Assembly: GCF_000143415.4 (NCBI RefSeq)
Contig: NW_003314262.1
Coordinates: 3,274,603 to 3,338,602 of the forward strand
Length of the DNA: 64,000 bases
Direction of reading: 5' to 3'
DNA from: Selaginella moellendorffii
Taxonomy: Eukaryota > Plantae > Lycopodiophyta
Below are positions 46,597-60,433 of the stretch, in pieces. Position numbers and translations under genes: made by a program. The notes under the pieces are model-generated. The model saw nothing but the letters and a program-made list of their open reading frames with translations, was not told the origin of the DNA and ran no database searches. How positions within the stretch are numbered: position 1 is the first letter of the stretch; the number at the start of each line of letters is the position of its first letter.

Positions 46597-48480
46597 ATGC
46601 ATGCAGCTAGCGGGATGGTGAAAAGGAACTGTGTTGATAACGCTACAACCTCTAGACAGGCGAATCGAGAGGAGGAAACTCCTGCTAGAGATGCTGCAGA
46701 AGAGGCTGAGGCTGAGTTAGAAGAGGAAGAGCCAGATGCTATGGCGTTGCAGCGTATGGCTCAAGAAATTGAGATTGAGAATTTGCGAAGGGAGATTCGC
46801 AAATTGAAGAAGGAGAATAAGAAGAGGAAGAAAGAAGCTAAGGTAGCTAAACCAGCTAAGCCTAAGCAACCAGAATCCTCTTCAAGTTCTGAGGATGATG
46901 AAGTTTTGCAGCCGCCCATGGTTGCACGAGTTTCAAAGTTCAAGCCTCCGAAACCACCCAATTTCAGAGGCATGCGGGACTATCAGGTTTTGGAAGACTG
47001 GGTCTATGATATGGAAAACTATTTCATAACGGCAGGCGTAGATGATCGTACGAAAGTTGCGTGCGCGCAATCCTTTGTCACTGATCATGCCAAAACTTGG
47101 TGGTGCCAGATGTGTGCTGAAAAAAGGCAGACTAGAAGTTGGACCAAGATGTGGTCTCATATTCGTAAGGAATACTTGGCGGATGATCTTGGTTTGAGAC
47201 TTTGTGTGGAGCTGTGGCGGTTAAAGCAGCGAGGGGATCTCATGCATTACGTTAATGCGTTTGCTCAGAAGCGCATTATGATTGCAAATATAAGTGACAA
47301 AGATGCTCGAACTTATTTCCTGGAAGGTTTAAGTTCACTTTCTCGCAATGAGATTTTGAAGTTTAAGCCGAAGATGTACCTGGAGTGTAAGGAGGCAGTG
47401 CAACAAGTTGCCTTTAGTCACTCACTCATGGAACAATATCAGCAACCGTATGCTGGTAACTTGGACAAGAATAAAAATTCTGGGAATAAACAAGGTGACC
47501 GGAAACAGAGGGTGGAAGGTAGGTTCTGCCCTGGAGGCTCACAAACAATAGTTAACAAAGGTGGTGGTGGTTGAAGACCACCAGCAGCTTCTTCTGGTCC
47601 TAGGCCCTTTGTTCCTCCTCCTGGTGGGTACAAGCAGCAGCAACTTGCGAAACCTGCTCCTAGCGGAACAAGTAGTTTGGGTCATTACTTTCATTGTGGA
47701 GAGTCAGGATATAGGTCCTCGGAATGTCCCAACAAGCATAAGACAAGGTCTCATGTTAATGTCATGAGGGAAGATGGTGGTGGTGAAGCCGAGGGGGTTG
47801 ACGAGTTGGTCAATGAAGACTATGAGGAAGAGGAGGTGAGTTACTTTCGTTGCTTTCCTCAAGCTTTTTAAGCAGTCAATGCAAACACTGATCCGTTGAT
47901 GTATTTGGTAGGATTTGTCTGTGGACACCGAATCCGAGTGATGATTGATACGGGAGCTACGCACAATGTGATATCCAAAGACTTAGTTAAGTTGTTAGGA
48001 TTGAATGCTGAGCAAATGTCGCCTATGCACTTCCAGTTTGCAAAAGATGGGCAAGTAGCCAGAAAGTTTGTGAGTGACGTTCCAATAAAGATATCCAAGT
48101 GGAAAGAAAGAGTGGACTTGGTAGTGTTGAAAATACCAGATTTTCAGATGGTGTTTGGTATGGATTTCTTCAACAAGTATATAAAGGGGATTTATGGTGC
48201 TAGACAAAGTCGTATTACGTTGAAGTCAGAAGGACGTCCCAATGTGTCCTTTCAGTTGCAAAAGTGCTCCTCAAAGGATTGGGATGCTAAGTTCCTGACT
48301 GCGAGAGCCGCTCAAAAAGTAGCTAAGAAGGGATATCGGACCTTTTGGGTTCAAGTGATGGAAGTTGAGAGTGTTGGTGACTCAGTTCGAATCAATGACA
48401 AGGTTGATCCTATATCAAAGAAGATATTGGAGTTGTTGGTGTAGAATCAGGATATCTTCTCGAAGGATTTGCCATCAAGG
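46597..48480 (+). pseudogene. Gypsy gag (degenerate zinc knuckle) and aspartic protease
   Basis: PKPPNFRG..LEDWVYDMENYF..AKTWW..LKQRG gag motifs; FHCGESGYRSSECP knuckle in a shifted frame; VMIDTGATHN..VFGMDF protease. Confidence 0.9.
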
Positions 48481-48841
48481 CTGTCGCGAATGTGACTTCG
48501 GGTATCGAAAGTTACTTGTCGGCCAGTCCTTAGGGCGGGGTTCCATGCTCCACCCTGGGGGGAAAATTTCCAAGGGGGAGAAATAAAACCCTAGGTTCCA
48601 TGCCCCCCCCCCTTGTGACATGGCACCAAAAATGGGGGGGAAGGGGGAAACTCGGTGTCCCCTCCATAAATTTCTTCTGGAGCCTAGAATCTGGTAACAA
48701 ATAAAATAATGCCACGTGGCTAAATTGCCACATCATCTAAAAATTTGACCCGCCCTAATTTTGCCGCCATGTGAGCGTGTGAGTTCTTGGAGGGTTTTAG
48801 GGGGGATTTTTGCAGTGATTTGAGAAAGAAGTTTGTAAGAA

Positions 48842-50298
48842 ATGGAGAATCGCTCACCCTCACCTTATCCATGGTTGCAATTTGGCTTTTATTCTAGTTC
48901 ATCAATAGCTCAAACTTATGTAAGTATGAAATTTTGTAGTTCTAGAATTTTGCTTGTTTTTCTTAATGTCCAGGGAGGAAAGGGCTCTTCTTTTAGTGCT
49001 AGCATGGGATCTATGCCAAATGCAACCATGATCCAGGTACTTTTCATTTTCTCTTTTGTTTTTTTCTTTTGTTTAGTAAAATTTTGCAATGGTTTTTAAT
49101 CTGGCATTCCTACATTCAACCCGATGATTGGATTTGTTCCAAGTATCCCTACAATGCAAGCTAACTTCAATTCATCGAGCCAGGTATTTTTTTCCAATTG
49201 TTTTTTCCTACTTTGTTTTGAATGCATTTTTGCAACAGCAAGGATTTCATGGTGGGGGAATTGAAAATTCCTCTTTCACAACTTTATTATCACTACCTCC
49301 TCCAGGAACTAGCTCTTTTGATGGAGCAACAAGTATTCCAGAGGTACAATAAATATTATTTGTGTTTATTTTTTGATTTCACAACTTGTTTTCCCAAAAT
49401 GAACCAACTTTGAATGATGAACAAAAAGGAAAATGGTCTACTGATGAAAACATGGCTCTTTAGTATGCAAAGAGGATGGAAAAGGAGAAGGATCAAGAAG
49501 GCGGTGGCCGTAGAAAATCAATGAAAGGACCAAAGAAGTGGCAACGCATTTCCAACATCTTACGTTCACAGGGATTTTTTCGCACACAAAAGCAATGTGA
49601 GTTACAATGGGATGAGCTTGCAAAATAGTGGAGGCAGATTAGTGATTACGAGAATAACATCTCATCAGGGAAACCATCCTACTTTAGTGGTGAGTTTACT
49701 ACAGGGATGAAGAAGGATGCAAAGCTTCCTCGTGCATTCGATGAAGGCCTCTACAATGAGATGTCATTGTGGATGACATGGTCGATAGCTAATGTTCTAG
49801 GTAGCCACCGAGTTGATACATCTATGGGTTCTACAATTGCAAATGAGTCACCAGGCTATGGTAAGTTCATTTAGATTTTTTGATTGACTTATGTTTTTCT
49901 TTTTTCCAGAGACAAATGCAACTGCAAATCCAGATCCAGATGTTATATTTGAGACACAAGATCCTAGAGATGCTAACGAGGACATTCCAGAAGTACAAGT
50001 CGGTGGGAAGAAAGTTTCAATTGCTACAAGGAAAAAATGCAAGTGCACTCCAAAGGGATCTGATGGTCTTCTTGAGTGAAGTGACGAGCAAAGGAAAGCA
50101 ATGATGCAAGAACTTCGAGATAGCAACATACAAATGATGGAAAAAATGGAGGCAACTGATGATCGATGCCACCAAGCTTCAATTGCTGCTGCAGATAGGA
50201 GAGTTGCAATGATGTTGCAAGGAACACATATGATGTATGAGGAACTTCAATTGCTGCGGCAGCCTTTTGTGGAATCAATGGTGACAAAGGAGAAGTAG
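48842..50298 (+). pseudogene. Harbinger Myb/SANT (trihelix-like) DNA-binding protein, intron-containing, with stops
   Basis: KGKWSTDENMAL*...KKWQRISNILRSQGFFRTQKQCELQWDELAK*WRQISDYE at about 49420-49660; C-terminal coiled-coil-like segment. Confidence 0.8.
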
Positions 50299-51533
50299 AA
50301 TTGCAAACTTTGTGTTTTAAAGTTACACTTATTTAACATAGCATTTTAGAGTTTTGGGGTTTTGCACGTCTTTTTTTCCTCGTGGCTATGGTGTCCCTGT
50401 GTGGATCGGTGGCATCCAAGGCCATGAAGCTTGCCAGGGCAGCAGCACTGGTGTTGGCCAAGAAAGCTGGGACAGGAACGGCAGACAGAGAAGAGGCATG
50501 GATTCTGAAGATTACGGTGGAGCGTTGCTGGATCAATCTAGGGTATGCTATTTCTCATGGAGCAGGGAGCTGTGGAGGTAGTGAAGCATGAGAGGAGGAG
50601 CGACTTTAATTGCTGGGAATACTAGGTATTTTTAGATCCTTGGGCGATTGCATGTAGGCTCTGCATTTCAATTTCATTTTTGTTCTATTCTTGTAAGTGG
50701 ACAGCCACAAGCCGATGTGTCACTTGCTAGGGATCTAGAATGGATCTGAAACAAGAGGCATTTTGAGAAGGACCATGGACAGTTTCGCTATAGCTGGTCC
50801 ATAATGTCACTGCAGCGCTGGATCGAGAACAGGTACAAATAGAAAAGCAGGAGAAAGAATTCCTCCATTGTTTTTATACTGCTTATAGGTGGTGATCGCT
50901 TGTGATCTTGCTAAAGGAAGTGACCAATGGATGGATTGATCAATCAATCACAAAGGTATTTATACTCTCGCTCCGCTGGTTTTTCTGGATGAATCATCAC
51001 TTTGGCTCGTCCACACCACTCACTTTGTTATTAAGCTGACTTCAACCGCCACTCACTCACTCTCTCATTTTTACAAATCTCTCAGGAAGGAAGATGAAGA
51101 TGGTAGTAGCATTTTATCCGCTGAAAGCAATAGCGACCAATCAACGCCAGTGGCGAGTGTTGATTCGGGATCAACAGACAAAAAGAAATTCGCAGATTGA
51201 GAATAGGTAAAAACAGAAGAAAGTATTCCTCCATCAATCGGCGAGAGCTTGACATAAACCAGAACAGGTAATAGTTTTGTTTTTGTTCGTTTGTTGCTCC
51301 CAGTTTACTGTTTACATTCCAGCACAAGCACCCAGCCTTGATACTGATAATCACCAGAGGGAGCTTGACATAAACCATCACATGGAGAGCGCATCGCCAT
51401 TGTTGTGATCATCGTTCTTCTGAGCTGCTGGTCGACTGTGGCGCAAGTCTCATGCAGCAGGATCTTAAAAGAGGATCAACACCAAAACGTTTAGTTTTTG
51501 TCACTCTTAAGTAAATAAAGTACAAAAGTATTG

Positions 51534-52868
51534 TCACTCTAAGCTCTCTATAAACTTTTCCACTATGTCTCTCAATGCTATGCCATCTTTAGCTGAACGA
51601 AGAGACCTTTGTGGAAGGTAGCTTGCATCATGGTTAAATTTGTCGGGGTCAAAATCTTCCATGAACTTATTATTCCGTGTGATCATTAAGTTATGTAGCA
51701 CACAACAGGCCATGATGTTATTTGCAAGGATGCCTGGATGACCTCTGAATCCTTTCCGAGCTAGCAATTTCCATTGTCTCTTTAAAATTCCAAAAGATTG
51801 CTCAACAACAATCCTCGTAAAAGAATGAAGGAAGTTGTACTGCTCTTTGCCATGAAACCTGTTTGGATATGGGACCAACACCGGTAAAGCATAGTCATAT
51901 CCTCCATCTGCAATGATATATTGTGGAATGTCCCCAAACTCTGTGTGGTACACTAGACCACATAAACACTTCTTCTCAATCCAAGCCTTCTTCAAACCAC
52001 TAGAATTCCAAACTCGTCTATCTGGAACACTACCTGCTAACCCTGTTGTTATGTCAAGGAATGAAATCTTATTGTCTACCACGGCTTGAACTACCATCGA
52101 GTATTACTTTTTTGCCCCAGCATACCAATCCATTGCATCCTTTGATCCTGAGAGCTCGATTGCAATGTGAGTGCAATCCATTGCACCACAACAGTTTGGG
52201 AATCCACGCAATCTCTGAAATCCAGTTATAACTTCTTTCATTCCCTCCTCATCCGGCTAATGGATCATTAGTCCTTCATGCTCAAGCAATGCATACCTGA
52301 AACGGCATAGACAAGCTTGGGCAGTGCATGAAGCCACTCCAAATGCATCACCAATTGTTCACCACATATCCCCAGATGCTAAACGTTTCAAAGCAATAGC
52401 TACTTGCTTTGAAACAGGCAAGTGCTGCCCTGGTATTTCTACCAAACCTAGAGGAGGCCTCCTGACCAATTTTGGAGCAAGCTTATCACAAAGAAAAGTG
52501 AATGTAGATACCGAAACCCGAAAAACTTCTCTGAATCTTTGTGGATCTATATGAAGAACCTCAAGCTCTGTTTGATACCACTAGTGTAGACTTCTCGACT
52601 TGATGTAGTACGCACCGATCGATAACCCTCGGAGCTCCTTTTTAGTGATCACTCTCTCAACAAATGAAGATGTAGTGGGACATGGCATAGAAAGAACTAT
52701 AGCAATCACTTCCCCCACCATTTGAATGAACAAGAGTTTTCTTAAAACCGGAACTAAAATCATGTCCTCCTCCTCCAGAAAGAACAACTCTACCAAATTT
52801 AAGTACCTCATCACAATCCCTACAGCATGGGAAATGATCGCCAAGGAAGAATTGGTGAGCCGTAGCAT
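51534..52868 (-). pseudogene. Harbinger (HARBI1-like) DDE transposase, disrupted
   Basis: FREVFRVS..QVAIALKRLASG..FPNCCGAMDCTHI..VVQAVVD..GSVPDRRVW..IIADGGY..RIVVEQSFGILKRQWKLL..ACCVLHN, with internal stops and a frameshift near 52100. Confidence 0.9.
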
Positions 52869-55858
52869 GCTGTACGCTCAATTTAGGGCAAACAAAATTG
52901 GTGCCCTAATCCTTTATGACGTGGGAAAAAAAATGCTGATGTGTAAACCTACATGGCATATAAAGAAGGGGGTTACATGTAACCATTAAAAAAAGGGGGA
53001 GGGGAGTTTTTTTTGGAGGGGGGGAGAAATTTTCAGGTAGGTGGAGCATGGAACCCCGCCCTTACAGACACTCTTTCCTTACTGCCACGACGGCAGGAGG
53101 TCGGTATTGCTGGACCTGTTATCAATTTCCGCCTAAGCTAGTTGAGAAACTGGTCTTTGTGTGTGCACTTGACCAGATGAGCATAAGGAAGGAATTCCTA
53201 AGTGTCTATTTAGTCAAGCATACTTGACCTGGTTAGAGAAACTCATTTGTTGACTTGCACTTGCTAGTGTTGAGAACACTCGCAATATTGAGCTTGGTCC
53301 CTCAATATTCACTAGATGATAGCTTACCATGTCTGCCAAACACCCTCGCTATCATGCCCTTAGCATTAGTCTCAATTTGGTCCCAAAAGTTATTTATGGA
53401 AAGTGTCTAGATTTGCTCATTTGGAATATCTACGGGCATGGCGGACCAAACCTCTTTGTCTAACACGGATGCGCTACCAGCTCAGACACCTTCTGGCCGT
53501 CGCCGACAAGGAAATGACCAACAGAGTTAGCCACCCTTGCTGCTCTAGTTGTCACCCAGCTTACAAAAGTGTGATATGCCCCTGCCTGCAAGGACATAGA
53601 GAGAGAAGCTAGAGGCCCCAACCCTCCTGAGCAAAGAAACCAAACCCGTCAGTAAAGTTTAGATAGACTATTGTAAATAGGAAATTAGAGTTGTTTACAC
53701 GGTCATGCCCTTTTAACGGAATAAGGAACATTGAGAGAGAGGCGGGTGATATAACCAATCGACAGTAGCTACCCCATGAGTAGAGATTTCACCTTTCACA
53801 CGAAGTGCCGAAACCAGTTTGCCTATACTGGCCCAAACTCAAAGATCAATAGATGGACAATATCAAAATCATAAATAATGATATCTTAGAGATTTAATTA
53901 TCACTGAATATAGCTTAGATTAGAACACAAAAGTATTCCAAGTAAGTTATCATCTGATAAACCAGTTTTAGAGTATAGGAACCACCAAGATCATCATTTT
54001 TGGAAAACATAAGATTCACCATCTAACAAAATTCAATAACCAATGTATCATCAAGAAAACTCAATAATGAAACTTAATTATCAAAGATGGCAGACGGTAT
54101 GCCAAACAACTTGCCAAAGACAACCAAATAAACACAAAGTATCATTGACTGACAAACACAATGCTCGCGAATTTATTACCCAAAGGAAATCCCAACTTAT
54201 CAGAATTAACTTAAGCAATAATCAACAGAACAGAATGAATGTGGGAAGACCAACAAACACTCATTCATGTCAACTATCATAGAAGCAAATCTGAATAGAT
54301 CCCAATCAACAACACCAAGGAATTCAAATTGCCTAAGCAGGTGTCAGCAACATCCTACTGATGTCTCAAACCCAAGAGACTAATCCAGAGCAAACCACAA
54401 AGAATATGTGGTATTGCAAAAAGCCATAAGCCATCAAAGAAATAACTGACCATTACGAAAGATTATCAATCATCCCATCAATAAAGAAATGCATAATCAT
54501 CGTTGAAGAAAGAATCTACCATCCCAAAAAACAGCAAATTATTCTATATCAACAACAATCAAGCAAAATCTTTGGACACGGATAATCAACTATCCTAGAT
54601 GATAGTCAATCATTACCAATGATTGCCAGATGCAAAAACCAACTTCAACATTGAAACTAATGAGCTAAAATGCCTTCCCTAACAACTTCTAACAAATAGA
54701 ATAACAAGCATAAAACTCAAAGAACCAAAAGCTTGAAGAAGCCTATAGCTAAGTCTTGCCTAACAATGATCACAAGTCTTGCATGAACTAACTTTAATAC
54801 TAAAGAAGAAATTATGGTGCAACGCACAATATCCTTCTCAACACATCTATAGCTAAACTTCATAATGCCAAAGCTAATGAAGTGCATATTTGCATCAATT
54901 CAAAAGCTAAGCATAATGGAGCTATGCTCAACAAGTGATCACGAAACGATCATCTATAAATCCATCTATAGCAAGACGTAACTCACTTCATAACAAGCAT
55001 AAGAAGAATCATCAATGATCAATATATCGAATTCAAATCTAATAAGGATTCAAATATTTCAATATTGATCACTAACTTTTCATCTTGTAAAGCTAGTATA
55101 GTCTATGATTCAATCACTTTTCAAAAAAAAACCAAAGCTCAACCCCTACTAAATAATCTCGTCTAGAACACAATTAACTCAAACTTGCCACTCAGTTCAT
55201 TTGAACGTCAACACAGTTGCTAACTAGCAAATGCACGAATGCTAATAATATAAAGCTAAAGCCAAATCATCAACACTATCTTCATCCAGATTAATGAAAC
55301 TTGACATTGATCTTTCAAAGAGATATCTCATTTCACTCGATTCTTAACAACAACAATGCCAACGACAAAGCATCACTTCAATGCCATCAACATCAGAACA
55401 AAGCTAGAAGAAAACAAGAGTGAATCACCACTTAAAACTCTCTAGCAACCAAGCTAACCAAAGTCGAAGATACCTTACTCAATATCTGAGACTAGTTCTT
55501 TAACAATACTCAACTACAAATAACACTTCCTCAAAGAGTGAATCACTACATCTAAGACTCAATGAAATCCAACACTATGAACTAAACGCAACCAAATAAT
55601 ATTGACAAAGGAATCGATATGCCAACATGGAAAAGAAACCATGTAAGTCTAACTACACGATCCTCTGCAACACCATCCGGTAAAACAAGCCCATCACTAC
55701 TAAATCATCATCGAGTGAAGCAAGTGTCAACAGTCCTTTGACGAAGTCTACAAGCAATCACTAGTTGCAAAGCAACTAACAATCACTCTTTCAACTTGCC
55801 TTCACAAGTCCCAAACACTAAGCTCACGTCATCGAGTCATACACTTGTCCAACATGAA

Positions 55859-58222
55859 TGTAATACCCCAGGCACGAGATAAAGGTTCATGGGCAAGCAC
55901 GAACTAAATGACTACTCGAATCCAACTCAACCGCGATAAACTCACTAACACATCTAGTCAATAGCTCTGAGCATGCTTTGAAGAGGCTAGCTATGCATGA
56001 TCAACACTCAGCTGAAACTAAAGTGAAGACTATGAGATGAACTCATATCAGTACACAACCTCCTCATAGACAAAGCTATAATATGAGTATCAACATATCA
56101 ACCTCAAACAACTAAGTTGGATATCACTATCCTCAGCCAAAGTGTAGAACCACCAAGACCAAGTCAAGATCAGTGAGAACTCACTACTCTCATAAAGTCT
56201 AATGAAATGCAAAGTGCAACCTACCACCAAGCACAACGCTACAGAAAAAATGCACAAGGGTCACCCTTCTTAGAAAAGCGCAATGGCCACTTTTCTATAC
56301 CAACTCCAGACTCTATCCAACTCAATCGCCTTAGCCCCAAAAGTTAGCATCCCTTTCGGGTTGCACCATATAAACTACCTACTAAGGTGTAAGCTAACCA
56401 AAGTCAACTCCAACCCCCTTCACTAGTTTGTATTGGTTTACGGAAACGGAATGGTTTTCAAGCAAAGTGATCAACAGATCAGCCATTCGAAAAGTCTAAG
56501 AAAATTTGTGGAAAATTTTTATCTTAAAGAAAAAATAACTCTTAGTCCAGGAATGCAAATTTTCAAGACTTAATCAACTTCCTTCTACTAACAACTTCAC
56601 ATAAGTTCACCTCAACACCAATTTCCATGACTCATAGTATGCTTAAGCATCAAATATCTTTGCCCATACTTCCGACATCTAACACTAACATCCGCAAAGT
56701 GCAAAGTGAACATCTAAGGCTTGATCATGAGGACCACATCTTTAGACATCCACATTGCACTAACACTTTTCTTCAACCACCTTCAAGATCTAATATGAAG
56801 CCAAAACACTAACAAGAAACATGATATGAAAATTCAAGGTTTAAGGAAAATTCCTGATCACTCAAAACAACAATGCCACTTCCACTAACACAAGTGTTAG
56901 TAATGTCAATGCCTCAACAACACATCTTCTCCATCTAACAATCTACTTCAAGTGCTAACGGAGAAACCAACAAGTTATAGCAAGTGAATGATATAACCTT
57001 TTTCCAACACCTTATAGGCAAACCCTCAAGGAAACAAGGTAACAACTTAAGCTCAGCACAATGGACCACTATCGAGAATTTAGTCAAAACTACTACAATG
57101 CTACTATTTGCAAATAGACTAACTTCACTATCAACCACTTTGGGGTTGATCATCGTCTAACCAAGCAACTTCGTAAACACATTACTCATTATCACATGGA
57201 TATGATATAAAGTCACAATGACTTGATCATCAATTGAGCAACACCACAAGTAATGCCAATGTTATTACTTCAAAGGTTTATGTGAGCATCAAGTGCCAAC
57301 TCAATTCGACAAAATGCAACATAAATGCCACACTCCACCGATAGAGTTTTATAACACTGAACACCACTAACTTTTGTTCACAACACGGACAAGCTCATGC
57401 CACTCGCTATTCGACCAAACTCAAAACTTAATCTAACACCAAGCTACTCAAGGAGCAACAGCAAGGTTCCCCGGAAAAGAATTAAGCATTGCAACACAAG
57501 TCTTCCAATAGCAAGCCTAGACAAAATGGTTTAGTGCATCACCACTATCCATCACACGACTCACCACTTGTAAGACCACCATAACCAACATGTATCAAGG
57601 TAGGGTCTCTTGATTGCATAATGTGAACACGAGCAATGAGTTAACACATTGTTGCAAATCATCTCTCCAAGAAGGGAAGATGATTTACGTGTTTGATCCT
57701 TCATCCTTGACGACTCTCTTTTCGGTCTTATCTTTGACTAAACCTTAAGCTTGCATTTGCACTGCCTTCAGTCCAATCCAAGAAAAGTTTATGAGAGAGC
57801 ATGGCAATGATTACTTGAATCAATAGACTAATCCCTACAGTCTTGATTGATCCACTCATAATCATGCTTAGGAAGGATCCACTAGTGCCATGCTAAACAG
57901 TTATGGACCAGCCTATTTGCCACTCATAGCAAACCTAGGGAAGGTTTACTTTCACCCATGGTACATGGAACAACTCATGGAACCACCGATAGGATAACAT
58001 TAATCCTGCCAACTCAAAGTGTAACCTTGAGTTGCTAATGTGCCTCACTCACGAGCCCAAGCTCAAACTCGTGCAAATGGAACAACTCAATCCCTCTTGT
58101 GAGCTCAAGCTTAAGCTCATAGAATATGGTACAACAATGTAACTAAATCCATACCCAAGGAACAACGCGAAGTCTTTGCACCCAAACGTGTACCCACTCG
58201 GATCATCATTTTCATCTCTACG
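55859..58222 (+). mobile_element. Probable LTR (~2.4 kb) of a second retroelement family nested in the Gypsy pol
   Basis: Starts TGTAATACCCC and ends ...CATCTCTACG where pol resumes. Non-coding, C/A-rich, and homologous in reverse to 43833-45520. Confidence 0.55.
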
Positions 58223-60433
58223 ATGCGCTTTTGGACAATTGCGCGTAAACTTTCTTGAATATATAGTCAATGGTGGCGTAATTGAGGTCGATCCAAAGAA
58301 AGTGGAAGCGGTGAAGTCCTGGGAAGTCTTAACCACTGTATCAAATGTTCATTCCTTTCTCGGTTTGGTGGGATATTATCGCAAGTTTGTCTACAATTTT
58401 GCAAGAATTGCTCTTCCGTTAACTGAGTTGATGAAGAGTAGTATTCCGTTTCATTGGACACCAGCTTGTCAACGTGCTTTTGTACGGTTGAAGGAGATCT
58501 TGACTACGGTTCTTGTTCTCAGGATCCCAGATCTTGATAAACCCTTCGAAGTGCATTGTGATGCATCTGGCTATGCTATTGGTGTGATGTTGCAGCAAGA
58601 TTGTAACAAAGCAATGGGTGTTACATTAAGGTGACATAGTTGTCCCGTTGCATTCTATTCCAAGAAATTGGATGAAACTCAACGAAGATGGCCAACGCAT
58701 GAGAAAGAGATGTTCGCTATAGTGTCAACCCTGGAACACTGGAGACACTACTTGGGTGGACATACCAAAGTTTATACAGATAGTAACACACTTAGCTACT
58801 TTGCTACGCAGCCTAAGCTTATGCTGAAGTAGGCTTGTTGGCAAGAGAAGCTTGCTAGATATGATATTAAAATCATATATAAACATGGTAAAGACAATAT
58901 TGTTCCAGATGCATTGAGTCGTCAAGCTTAGTTCCGAGCAATATCGGCAATCAGTTCGGACTGGTTAGAGGACTTTCGGGCTTCGTATGGTAATGATCTG
59001 TTGGTGAAGGCAATCTTACACTGTGTGGAGTTGTCGAAGCAAAACCCTGGTAGCGAAGCAACGAAAGTTGCTAGTCGAACCAATGTGAAGCTTCACTTCT
59101 CAGTTCGGGATGGGCTTATATTCTATAAGCAAGAAAGATTGTATCTTCCCTCTAAGGATCTACATCAGTTATTTCTGCGGGAACATCATGATGTTCCAGC
59201 AGCGGGACATAGTGGATAGCAAAAGACTCTAGCTTCGTTGAAAAAGGGATTTTTCTGGTCTGGTATGGAAGGTGATGTAGCGGACTATGTCCGTTCCTGC
59301 CCTATATGCCAACAATGTAAGCGCAAAGCTGAGAAGCAAGCTGGAAAGTTGCAGTGCAATCTAGAACCGGCATGGCCATTTTAGAGTGTGACACTTGATT
59401 TCGTCACTTGCTTGCTGAAGTCTAAGGGTTATGATACTTTGATGGTGGTTGTGGATTGGTTGTCGAAGATTGCACACTTCATTCCAACTGTGGGAACAAT
59501 AAATGCAAAACAAGTAGCAAAGCTCTTTTTCCATGAAGTAGTGCGAGTTCATGGTCTTCCTGAAGAGATGATCTCGGATAGAGATTCGAGGTTTACAGGG
59601 AAGTTTTGGGGCACATTGTTTCAGCTGTTTGGTACTAAGTTGAAGTTTAGTATGGCTTATCATCCTCAGACTGATGGGCAGACCAAATGCGTGAATGCTC
59701 AAGTTGAGGATTATCTGCAGTACTATGTCGCGGCAAACCAACGCAACTGGGTTAAGCATTTAGACACAGTAGAAATTTGTTATAACAACACATTTCACAG
59801 TGCTATTAGCTGTTCTCCATGGGAGATGGTGCAAGGAAATGCTCGTGGGGTTCCTCAACAGATTGTTGTACCGAAACCAATGCCTGAAATGTTGGTCCCA
59901 GCTATTGAGATTTATGCGGACCAACTACGCCAAGGTTGGTCTAGAGCTACTGAGGCGATGGGCAAAGCTCAGGATAGGTATCGACGTCATAAGATTAGCA
60001 TCGTTGAGATGTATCCCATCAAGTGGGAGATCAGGTGTGGCTATCTTCTCGGAACTTGAATATTAAGGGCTTCTTGTCCCAGAAGCTATTACCAAGATAT
60101 ATTGAACCCTATCGGGTATTGAAGCGAGTTGGTGATGTATCCTATAAGTTGGATCTTCTGGATGAGTTGTTTCATGTCAGTTTACTGGCACCATATCGTG
60201 TTGATGCGGATCGCTCTATGGACATTCGTCCCCCTCCGGAAGTTGTGAATAGTGACATGGAGTATGAGGTCGAGACGATTCTCTTGTCCCACAAAGCTTG
60301 TGGTGGTTGTTCCAAGGAATATCTAGTTAAGTGGAAAGGTTACCCGGCTTGTGAATCAACTTGGGAACCTCTTAGGAATCTTACACATGCTCGTGAGCTT
60401 GTTACAGAGTATGAAAATCGTAATAAAGATTAG
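58223..60433 (+). pseudogene. Gypsy RT C-terminus, RNase H, integrase and chromodomain
   Basis: CAFG..FLGLVGYYRKFV..FEVHCDASGYAIG..WPTHEKEMFAIV; HDVPAAGHSG..CPICQ; LDFVT..ISDRDSRF..YHPQTDGQT; FHVSLL; EYEVETIL..YLVKWKGYPACESTWEP. Confidence 0.93.

Larger units (their letters stand above)
48533..53061. mobile_element. Full-length PIF/Harbinger DNA transposon, 4529 bp
   Basis: Perfect 22-bp TIR GGGCGGGGTTCCATGCTCCACC at both ends and TTA TSD at 48530-48532 and 53062-53064. The flanks rejoin into a continuous LTR copy homologous to the 45521 LTR. Confidence 0.95.
45521..60433 (+). mobile_element. Decayed Ty3/Gypsy chromovirus with nested insertions; 3' LTR not seen in window
   Basis: Putative 5' LTR 45521-46423 (TG...CA), Met PBS TGGTATCAGAG 46426-46436, gag, protease DTGA, RT end/RNase H, integrase and chromodomain; many premature stops. 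Confidence 0.9.

Noticed and set aside
48482-53436. Second LTR copy as the Gypsy element's own 3' LTR
   Set aside because: Clearly diverged from 45521-46423, has no PPT, is truncated near 53436, and pol continues at about 58223.
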